Below the pieces are notes generated by a model. That model was given only the letters and a program-made list of their open reading frames with translations, did not search any database and was not told where the DNA came from. A DNA stretch of 32,000 nt from Ferroglobus placidus DSM 10642 (lineage in GTDB: Archaea > Halobacteriota > Archaeoglobi > Archaeoglobales > Archaeoglobaceae). The translations under genes were made by a program, and so were the position numbers. Where the stretch lies: assembly GCF_000025505.1 (NCBI RefSeq), contig NC_013849.1, forward strand, positions 1,680,001 through 1,712,000, written 5' to 3'. Below are positions 9,158 through 16,157 of the stretch, one piece after another. Each line of letters opens with the position of its first letter. Within the stretch, counting starts at the first letter, position 1.

Positions 9158-9889
9158 TTACCAAGGAAGGTTGACTCCGGGAAGGTTACCCAAGTATAAA
9201 AGAAGGACGATCCCAAAAATCGGTTGATGGAGAAGATAAATTTTCAGCGTGTGCCTTCCGAGAAAAGCCACGCTCAGAAATGCTTTTGGAAAAGAAAGTT
9301 CGAATTTTCTCTCACCACCGGGATAAATTATCGAAGCCGCTCCAACTCCAAGCAGAAAAACTCCGAACCAGGGAAAAATCGGAAAGTAGTCGAAAGTGAA
9401 GAAATAAGGAGGAGTAATTCCCAGAGGAAGGAGAAGGAGATTTTCGGAGTGTATATTTTCAACAACGAATTTCCCGGCGAAAAATACCGGAGCTATTAGA
9501 ACGTTCTTCTCTCCAAATCTAAGGAAAGGAATAACTAAGATGCTCGCCACTCCGAGGAAGTGAAGAACTCCGAAGTATATCGTCCCCTCTTTAAGGAAGA
9601 GCTTCGTAAAGACAGTTATCATCAAACCCAAACCGAAAAGTTTGACAAAACGCTTGAAAAATTTCGTGTAATTCCACCTAAAGTGTGACAACCACACGGA
9701 AACTCCAGAGATGAAAACGAACATAGAGGCAGTTAATAAAGCGAAGAATCTCCAAAAAAGTTCAAAGTTGTTGTATCCTGCGAAGTACTGTAAGTCGGTT
9801 ACGAAGTTGGAAATCAGCATCATTATAAGTGCCACTCCCCTGAAAAAGTCCACTTCAACGTATCTTAACTTTTGAGCACTCATTTTCAA
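9158..9889 (-). CDS. polytopic membrane protein, DUF1624 (heparan-alpha-glucosaminide N-acetyltransferase-like)
   Basis: 243 aa with multiple TM helices. N-terminal 'VEVDFFRGVALIMM' matches the R-x-x-x-D-x-x-RG signature of DUF1624. Confidence 0.6.
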   Translation of the reverse strand: MKMSAQKLRYVEVDFFRGVALIMMLISNFVTDLQYFAGYNNFELFWRFFALLTASMFVFISGVSVWLSHFRWNYTKFFKRFVKLFGLGLMITVFTKLFLKEGTIYFGVLHFLGVASILVIPFLRFGEKNVLIAPVFFAGKFVVENIHSENLLLLPLGITPPYFFTFDYFPIFPWFGVFLLGVGAASIIYPGGERKFELSFPKAFLSVAFLGRHTLKIYLLHQPIFGIVLLLYLGNLPGVNLPW

Positions 9890-9962
9890 AGCGGAACCGA
9901 GTGTTACTTTAAAACATTTACGAGAGAAAGGTTATTTAGTCTCGTCAAATGAAAACTTGCTC

Positions 9963-11366
9963 ATGGTTAAGGTAAAGCTCTTTGCAAACTTTAGAGAGGT
10001 CGTAGGGAAGAAAGAAATTGAAGTTGAAGCAAAAAATCTCAACGAACTTCTTGAAAAGCTTTCTCAAGATTATCCGGGAATTGAAAAGCTTTACGATTAC
10101 ATGATAGTCGTCGTGAACGGAAGGATATTGAAAGAGAACGTTGAACTAAAAGATAACGATGTCGTTGCTTTAATGCCTCCCGTCAGCGGAGGAGAGCTTT
10201 TTTCCGAATTAACTCCAGTAAAAGAGGCACAGAAAATCTTTCTTAACAATATCAAAGAGATCACGCCTGAGATAGTTCCGCTGGAAGATGCTTTTATGAG
10301 GGTGGCTGCCGAGGACATTAAAGCTGAAATAGACATTCCCCACTACAACAGAGCAGCAATGGACGGTTTCGCTGTTGTAAGCGAAGCTGTGAGGAACGCA
10401 AGCAAAAGCAATCCGGTTATTCTAAAAAAAGCCGATTTCGTTGATTTTGAACACGCTAAGTGGGTACACACGGGAGATTCTTTGCCTGAAAATGCTGACG
10501 CTGTCGTAAAAGCTGAAGATGCTGAAGAGCTCGGAGAGTTCGTGGCGATATACAAAGCCGTGAGAAAATACGAAAATGTGGGGCTGAAAGGAGAGGACGT
10601 TAGAAAGGGAGAAGTTATAGTAAAAAAGGGAGAAGTTCTAAAGCCGCAACACCTCTCACTTCTGAGGAGTGCTGGAGTTGAGGAGATAAGGGTTTTTAGA
10701 AATCCGAAAGTTCTCGTCGTTCCTACTGGAGACGAACTCCTCCCACCAAAAAGCGAGCTCGTTGAGGGGAAGGTTTACGAGAGCAACAGCATTCTCGTAG
10801 GAGGATTGGCAAAATTATGGGGGTGCGAAGTCGATGCGAGAGGAATTGTTAGAGACAGCGAAGAAGATCTCAGGAGAATTTTCGAAGACCTTGACGGCTA
10901 CGACTTAGTAGTCACGCTTGGGGGAACTTCTGTCGGTAAGAGAGATTACGTTTACAAAGTTCTTAACGAAATCGGTGAGGTTCTGTTCAGAGGAGTTGCC
11001 CTTCGCCCGGGAAAGCCCACGATAGCTGCTTTAGTAAATGAAAAACCCGTTTTAGCTCTCCCCGGATTTCCCGCAGCTTGTTTTGCCTCAGCTTACCTGT
11101 TCCTCAAACCGGCTGTAGAGAAGATGTTCGGAATGAAGGGAGATGAGGGGTTCAAAGTCGTGCTTGAGGACAAAATTTACTCGAAAGTAGGTTTCACGAG
11201 CTTCGTCAGGCTGAAGGTGAGCTTTCCGGAAATGAAAGCTAAGGTGATATCCTCCTACGGTTCCGGGATACTCTCTTCGATAACGAAAGCTAACGCTTAC
11301 ACGCTTGTTGAAGAGAACGTCGAGGTCGTGGAGAAGGGGGAAGAGGTAGTTGCTTACAGAATTTAA
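9963..11366 (+). CDS. moeA: MoaD-like beta-grasp domain fused in frame to molybdopterin molybdenumtransferase MoeA
   Basis: The N-terminal ~77 aa (MVKVKLFANFREVVGKK...VALMPPVSGG) are a MoaD/ThiS-type fold ending in a di-glycine. MoeA follows immediately, with 'AAMDGFAV', 'VVPTGDEL', 'TLGGTSVGKRDY' and 'RPGKP'. The ATG at 9963 is preferred over the TTG at 9957. Confidence 0.8.
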   Translation: MVKVKLFANFREVVGKKEIEVEAKNLNELLEKLSQDYPGIEKLYDYMIVVVNGRILKENVELKDNDVVALMPPVSGGELFSELTPVKEAQKIFLNNIKEITPEIVPLEDAFMRVAAEDIKAEIDIPHYNRAAMDGFAVVSEAVRNASKSNPVILKKADFVDFEHAKWVHTGDSLPENADAVVKAEDAEELGEFVAIYKAVRKYENVGLKGEDVRKGEVIVKKGEVLKPQHLSLLRSAGVEEIRVFRNPKVLVVPTGDELLPPKSELVEGKVYESNSILVGGLAKLWGCEVDARGIVRDSEEDLRRIFEDLDGYDLVVTLGGTSVGKRDYVYKVLNEIGEVLFRGVALRPGKPTIAALVNEKPVLALPGFPAACFASAYLFLKPAVEKMFGMKGDEGFKVVLEDKIYSKVGFTSFVRLKVSFPEMKAKVISSYGSGILSSITKANAYTLVEENVEVVEKGEEVVAYRI

Positions 11367-11541
11367 GAAAGCTTACTAAATTCGCCCAACTTTATCGTCA
11401 ATGCAAAAACACTAATTTACAATCGCTGAAGTCAAAAGATTTGCTTAACTACACTCCAGTAAAATTCCGAGATAATGATAGCTGTAACACGGCAAAACGC
11501 ACAATAGAGAACTCATCTAAAAAAGTTTTCATATATGCTTC

Positions 11542-11566
11542 AATTCCGACCGTGCTGTTCGGAATT
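11542..11566. repeat. perfect 8-bp inverted repeat with 9-nt loop (AATTCCGA-n9-TCGGAATT)
   Basis: Read directly from the sequence. It lies in non-coding DNA ~175 nt downstream of moeA. Function unknown. Confidence 0.5.
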
Positions 11567-11632
11567 TATCAAATCTGGTCGATTTTAAAGCTGTTTTAGG
11601 ATTAATTTACAGTTTACACGATCTCATCTAAA

Positions 11633-12038
11633 TCAGAAATCGGAGAGTAAAAAACCCTTTGCGATCATCTCCTTTAAGATTTGATTTGCTTCCTTTTTAG
11701 AGATTATATTCTTTTCAATGCAGCGAACTAAAACACCGATGGTTCCAGACACGGGAACTCCCAAAATATTTCCTCATTTTCCGCTCTTACCACGTGCATT
11801 TCCCATCTCCCTCAGAGTTGCACAGCTCAACCTTTTCACTTCTTCTAATGCAAACATTAAACCTGTGGCAGCCTCAAACTTGCTCCAACAGGGGGAACAG
11901 AGATAATAAAACAGCTACAGCAATTGATAAGTTTCTGGATTTTTCGTGCATCTTCCCGTATTTTATTAGTATCTTGCCGCAAATTACGTATATCGCAGAG
12001 ACCAGAGGCATCAATATTGTCTCCTGAATCGAACTCTC
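11633..12038 (-). pseudogene. decayed DUF3368 (COG2405) PIN-like toxin-family gene
   Basis: On the minus strand, 11633-11773 translates to GNILGVPVSGTIGVLVRCIEKNIISKKEANQILKEMIAKGFLLSDF*. This fits the conserved DUF3368 C-terminus (G-x-x-V-T/S-G-T-I/L-G-V-L ... GF-x-I/L-S) and is preceded by an in-frame TGA. A different frame (11874-12011) gives an N-terminal-like piece, MPLVSAIYVICGKILIKYGKM.... Total length is ~135 codons, close to family size, so there is at least one nonsense codon and one frameshift. Confidence 0.45.
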
Positions 12039-12161
12039 CACTTACTTCACCTCATAATAAGATCGAACCGAGCAATTGACAGAAAAATTTTTGAAGTCTT
12101 GTCGGGAAGCGGAGTACCTACTGCAATAGTGAGGCTGAAGTGAATTGTTTACAAAAAACAA

Positions 12162-12220
12162 AAATGTCAGAGCCTAAAGCTGTCATCACTCCTCAGCCGA
12201 GAACCGACTCATCATCCGCA
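12162..12220 (-). ncRNA. archaeal C/D box sRNA (2'-O-methylation guide)
   Basis: The minus strand reads gcgg-ATGATGA(C)-gtcggttctcgg(12 nt)-CTGA(D')-gga-GTGATGA(C')-cagctttaggct(12 nt)-CTGA(D)-catttttgttttttg. All four boxes are canonical and both guide spacers are exactly 12 nt. The D'-C' loop is short and an oligo-T tract follows. It is intergenic and divergent from the gene at 12310. Confidence 0.8.
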
Positions 12221-12309
12221 ATTTTCGTCTCGCGCTTTCCAAATAACCCTTGCTATTACTATTTGTAATATTTCGAAAAACCTATATAACTATCGGTTAG
12301 CTTAACTGC

Positions 12310-13791
12310 GTGAAGACTGTTGAGGAGATTAACGAGAAGATTAGGGAAGGAAACGTAAACGTTGTGACGGCTTTGGAAATGAAAGATATCGTGGCTGAGC
12401 TTGGAGCGAAGGAGGCTGCCAAGGAGGTTGACGTCGTCACCACTGGAACTTTTGGAGCGATGTGCTCTTCTGGAGCATTCTTTAACTTCGGTCATTCTGA
12501 CCCGCCGATAAAGATGCAGAAGGTTTGGCTCAACGACGTGGAAGCTTACACCGGAATAGCTGCCGTCGACGCTTATCTCGGAGTTACGCAGCTTTCTGAA
12601 ACTCTCGGAATGGAGTACGGAGGAGCTCACGTAATCGAAGACCTCGTGAGGGGAAAGGAGGTAGAGTTAAGAGCAACAGCTTATGGAACTGACTGCTATC
12701 CGAGGAAAGAAATTGTTACGGAGATAAGCTTGGAAGACGTTAATCAGGCGGTGATGGTGAATCCGAGGAATGCCTATCAGAGGTATAGGGCTGCAACTAA
12801 CTCCTCTGACAGAGTCCTTCGAACATACATGGGAACCCTTTTGCCGAATTTTGGGAACGTCACCTACGCTGGTGTTGGAGAACTCTCTCCGTTGAACAAC
12901 GACCCGGAATACAGAACTATCGGAGTTGGGACGAGGATTTTCCTCGGAGGAGCTAAGGGATACGTTATCGGCGAAGGGACTCAGCACGCTCCACCTTTCG
13001 GAACGCTGATGGTTAAGGGGAATCTGAAGGAGATGAAGCCCGAATACTTGAGGGCAGCCACGTTTCCTGGGTACGGAGTTACTCTCTTCGTTGGAATTGG
13101 AATTCCAATTCCGATACTTGACGAAAACATGGCTAAAGCGACGGCAATAACCGACGATCAGATAGAGACTGTCATAATAGACTTCGGCGTACCGAGAAGG
13201 GACAGACCGATTGTTAGAAAAGTTACTTACGCTGAGCTGAAAAGCGGAAAGGTTGAGATAAACGGAGAAGAGGTAAGAGTTTCTCCCCTTTCAAGTTACT
13301 ACATGTCGAAGAAAATAGCGGAAGAGTTGAAGAAGATGATAGAGAGGGGAGAATTCTTCTTGACGATGCCCGTAGAAAGAATTCCGCAAAAAGAAGTTTT
13401 CAAGCCGATGAGGCAGAAAGAGATAAAAGTCGTTAAGAGCGTGATGTCTTCTCCGCCGATAACTATTTCTCCGGAAGCGAGCATAGAGGAGGCTGCAAAG
13501 ATTCTCATAGAGAACGAGATAGATCACCTTCCAGTCGTTAACGAGAAGGGAGAGCTTATAGGAATCGTTACGAGCTGGGATATAGCAAGAGCGGTTGCGA
13601 GGGGGAAGGTTGGAAAAGTAGAAGACATAATGACGAGGAAGGTCATCACTACGACGATGGAGGAGCCGATAGAAATAGCGGCGAGGAAGATGGAGCAGCA
13701 CAACATCTCAGCCTTGCCCGTTGTTGATAAGGACAACAGAGTCGTTGGGGTTGTGAGCAGCGAAGACTTGAGCAAGCTCCTTGCGAGGTGA
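12310..13791 (+). CDS. COG1900 (DUF39) domain + tandem CBS protein; L-aspartate-semialdehyde sulfurtransferase type (MJ0100/MA1821-like) for homocysteine synthesis
   Basis: 493 aa with a GTG start. The large N-terminal domain matches my recollection of the MJ0100/MA1821 family. The C-terminus has two CBS repeats ('IDHLPVVNEKGELIGIVTSWDI' and 'ISALPVVDKDNRVVGVVSSEDL'). The family's usual NIL-ferredoxin partner follows. Confidence 0.8.
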   Translation: MKTVEEINEKIREGNVNVVTALEMKDIVAELGAKEAAKEVDVVTTGTFGAMCSSGAFFNFGHSDPPIKMQKVWLNDVEAYTGIAAVDAYLGVTQLSETLGMEYGGAHVIEDLVRGKEVELRATAYGTDCYPRKEIVTEISLEDVNQAVMVNPRNAYQRYRAATNSSDRVLRTYMGTLLPNFGNVTYAGVGELSPLNNDPEYRTIGVGTRIFLGGAKGYVIGEGTQHAPPFGTLMVKGNLKEMKPEYLRAATFPGYGVTLFVGIGIPIPILDENMAKATAITDDQIETVIIDFGVPRRDRPIVRKVTYAELKSGKVEINGEEVRVSPLSSYYMSKKIAEELKKMIERGEFFLTMPVERIPQKEVFKPMRQKEIKVVKSVMSSPPITISPEASIEEAAKILIENEIDHLPVVNEKGELIGIVTSWDIARAVARGKVGKVEDIMTRKVITTTMEEPIEIAARKMEQHNISALPVVDKDNRVVGVVSSEDLSKLLAR

Positions 13792-13795
13792 TATA

Positions 13796-14179
13796 ATGCT
13801 TCTAAAACTTAAGTACGATTCCCGTTCGGTAAGAGCTCCGGTCATTTCGAAGGTGGCTATAGAGGAGAACGCGCTGATAAACATAATTGAAGCGAAGGTC
13901 GAGCCGAGGTACGGGGAAATAGTGGTGGAGGTCGACGATGAGATAGCTGAGAGAGTTGCTGAGAAGTTCAAAAAGTACGGAGTAGAGGTTAGAAAGCTCA
14001 CGAAAAGCATAGAGAAGACCGAAAAGTGCGTTGATTGCGGTGCTTGCATTAGCGTCTGCCCCACCGGCGTCTTCGAGAGAGGAGAGGACGACAGAATTGT
14101 TGTAAACGAAGTGAAGTGCATAAGGTGCGGATTTTGCGTAGGAGTATGTCCGCTAAAAGCACTGAGGCTTCCAGAGTGA
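13796..14179 (+). CDS. NIL-domain 2x[4Fe-4S] ferredoxin (MA1822-type partner)
   Basis: N-terminal NIL-like domain (APVISKVAIEENALINIIEAKV...), then 'CVDCGACISVCP' and 'CIRCGFCVGVCP'. The ATG at 13796, 4 nt after the upstream stop, is preferred over the TTG at 13781. Confidence 0.8.
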   Translation: MLLKLKYDSRSVRAPVISKVAIEENALINIIEAKVEPRYGEIVVEVDDEIAERVAEKFKKYGVEVRKLTKSIEKTEKCVDCGACISVCPTGVFERGEDDRIVVNEVKCIRCGFCVGVCPLKALRLPE

Positions 14180-14868
14180 GGAGGTTCAGGTTCAGATATA
14201 AAGAGACGATCGCAACAATCCTTGCGGAAAGCGAGGAGGTTTTCAAAAAAGCCGTGGAACTGATGCTTTACGCGAGGGAGAAAATAGAGGAGAAGATTAG
14301 CCGAGACCCATTTTTTTCAATAACCTATTCTCCCTACGATTGCTCCGAGGAAATCGTTGAGAGAATGTGTCGAGCCTCAAAACTCGCTGGAGTAGGACCT
14401 ATGGCTGCCGTAGCCGGAACTATAGCTGGTTATGCGGTGGAAAAAGTAGAAGCTGATTTTGTTGTCGTGGACAACGGAGGAGATATAGCTCTTAAAACCG
14501 ACCGCGAGCTTCTCGTTGGAATCTATCCTACCAACCTTGCTTTCAAAATCGAGCCGACGGATTTTTTAGCTATCTGCACTTCGAGCGGAAAAATAGGTCA
14601 CTCTGTAAGTTTCGGCTACGCCGACGCGGCAACAGTTATAGCGAAAGATGCGAGCGTAGCCGATGCTTTTGCAACCGCTTTGGGGAATATTGTGGGAGAA
14701 AAAGACGGAAAGAAAGAGATTGAAGAAAAAATTGAAGAGTTCTGGAAAAAAGCTAAAAGTTACGTTGAGGGGTTGCTCGTCGTGAAGGATGAGGTTGTCG
14801 CCTTCGCCGGAAAAATTCCGGAGCTCGTTGTGGCTAAGATAGACCCAGACGTGATAACAAAAGGCTAA
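14176..14868 (+). CDS. UPF0280 / COG2122 ApbE-like protein (MA1715-type)
   Basis: 'GPMAAVAG' and 'VVVDNGGDIAL' motifs. A GTG at 14176 overlaps the ferredoxin stop (GTGA) and gives the family-like N-terminus (M)RRFRFRYKETIATI. The track start at 14116 would overlap the ferredoxin by 64 nt. Confidence 0.7.
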   Translation: MRRFRFRYKETIATILAESEEVFKKAVELMLYAREKIEEKISRDPFFSITYSPYDCSEEIVERMCRASKLAGVGPMAAVAGTIAGYAVEKVEADFVVVDNGGDIALKTDRELLVGIYPTNLAFKIEPTDFLAICTSSGKIGHSVSFGYADAATVIAKDASVADAFATALGNIVGEKDGKKEIEEKIEEFWKKAKSYVEGLLVVKDEVVAFAGKIPELVVAKIDPDVITKG

Positions 14869-15712
14869 CTCTCTCCACCGACTTTTTATCTCTGAAGAAG
14901 GGATCTCCAAGCACTACGTGGTCGCATAAGCTCAAAAGCTCTTTAACGCGATTGGAAACGTCTTCCAACTTTCCTGAGATTGTGAAAAATTCGAGAATTT
15001 TCTCAGCAGCAGCTTTCAGCTTTTCGTATTCGCTGTTGTTTTCCAAGTTCTCCCCTCTCTGCCTCTTTTTTATTAGCTCTTCTATCCTCACTTCTTTGAT
15101 TTTTTCGTAAGATTTGTAGTAGCTGAACTTTTTCAGAAAATCTTTGCTCGTTTGCATAACTATCGAGCAGGCTATAATCAAATCTTGGTAGAACTCGCTC
15201 GGAAGAATTAAAGCCGGTCCGTAAGCTGCTTTAAATCCGTCGTAGTCTTTGAAGACCTCCACGTGCTTGGGATGGACGTGATTCAGCAGAATTCCCGAGC
15301 AGTACTTTTTCGCGATCTCGTAAGATTTCAGCCATGTTACTCCGCAGAGGAATTCATCGAACTTTTCTTTTAACTTTTTTAGAAATTTTTCGTAATCTTT
15401 TAGCTTAAAACCTCCCGAAGCAACGCCGAGAACGAACCTCTCTCCGTAGTCTTTTTCGAGTCTTTTAAAGTTCTCGTAAATTTCCTCCGCTCTCTTCCTC
15501 GGAGTTAACACTCCGAAGCCTACGAGGTGTTCGAAGTTTTCGGCAACTATCTCTGCAACTTTGAAGGGATCTATGAAGAGCGGATTTTCGCCTATCCAGA
15601 TAATCTTCACTCTCTCAGAGAGAAATCTGGAGAGCTCTGCGATCTCTTTCTCCGGAAGGTCTCCGTTTACGTTAACTCCTACTCTACCAGCTTTCGATAA
15701 TTTTTCTAACAT
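14834..15712 (-). CDS. luciferase-like (LLM / Mer-family) TIM-barrel oxidoreductase-like protein
   Basis: 292 aa. The pattern resembles F420-dependent Mer/LLM proteins: 'IIWIGENPLFIDPF', 'VGFGVLTP', 'FVLGVASG', and a C-terminal 'FFTISGKLEDVSNRVKELLSLCDHVVLGDPF'. Its start overlaps the upstream RHH gene by 29 nt, and its 3' end overlaps the convergent COG2122 gene by 35 nt. Confidence 0.45.
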   Translation of the reverse strand: MLEKLSKAGRVGVNVNGDLPEKEIAELSRFLSERVKIIWIGENPLFIDPFKVAEIVAENFEHLVGFGVLTPRKRAEEIYENFKRLEKDYGERFVLGVASGGFKLKDYEKFLKKLKEKFDEFLCGVTWLKSYEIAKKYCSGILLNHVHPKHVEVFKDYDGFKAAYGPALILPSEFYQDLIIACSIVMQTSKDFLKKFSYYKSYEKIKEVRIEELIKKRQRGENLENNSEYEKLKAAAEKILEFFTISGKLEDVSNRVKELLSLCDHVVLGDPFFRDKKSVERVSLLLSRLGLS

Positions 15713-16157
15713 CCTTTATTTCGCCCTTTTCGCTCTTCTTCTTTTCAGGCACGTAGCCGAGTCTGTCTCCGTAGTTTTCTACAACTATCTTTGCAGCCAT
15801 TTTTGCTATTTCTACGATCTCGAAGTTCTCTCTCTTTTTCAGATGTTCCTTTCTTTTATCAACGAAATAAGAACAGAAGAGGCATTTGTAAACGTTTAAA
15901 GGCTCAACCTCAGCCTCTAAATCGGTTAAAGCTTCCAAAGCACAGATTTTTCCGTCGCTGTACTTGCAGTTTCTCATCTTTTCCGTTCCGTACTTCTTAG
16001 CGTACTTTTCGAGTTCTCCGCTGACCTCCTTTTTTCTCTTCAGGAAGTACCACTCGAGGAGTGCTGAGATAAATTCCGAAGGAGATACTCCGAGCTCCTC
16101 GCACTTTTTCAGAAGTTTCTCCTCTATATCTGCCGGAATGTCGACGGAGACCCTCAT
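15684..16157 (-). CDS. ribbon-helix-helix (CopG/ParR-like) DNA-binding protein with a C-terminal four-Cys domain
   Basis: 157 aa. The N-terminus 'MRVSVDIPADIEEKLLKKCEELGVSPSEFISALLEWYF' has a beta-strand/helix/helix RHH pattern. It is followed by C-x7-C ... C-x2-C (NCKYSDGKIC ... KCLFC). Its ATG overlaps the stop of the actin-like gene (ATGA). Confidence 0.65.
   Translation of the reverse strand: MRVSVDIPADIEEKLLKKCEELGVSPSEFISALLEWYFLKRKKEVSGELEKYAKKYGTEKMRNCKYSDGKICALEALTDLEAEVEPLNVYKCLFCSYFVDKRKEHLKKRENFEIVEIAKMAAKIVVENYGDRLGYVPEKKKSEKGEIKDVRKIIESW

Noticed and set aside
11414-11431. A shared 10-mer TTTACAATCG in two intergenic regions (about 11417-11426 and 22266-22275), considered as a possible dispersed repeat or regulatory motif.
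   Set aside because: Hundreds of 10-mer coincidences are expected by chance in a 32-kb window. The flanks do not extend the match.
11615-11645. A second C/D-like arrangement on the minus strand (CTGA-ttt-AGATGAG).
   Set aside because: The boxes are degenerate, and there is no C box 12 nt upstream and no D box 12 nt downstream. The segment is better explained as the 3' end of the DUF3368 pseudogene.
12040-12160. A possible remnant of the cognate UPF0175 antitoxin upstream of the DUF3368 pseudogene (fragment ...SASRQDFKNFSVNCSVRSYYEVK*).
   Set aside because: The similarity is too weak and short to support. A full-length antitoxin would also have to overlap the much better supported C/D box sRNA.
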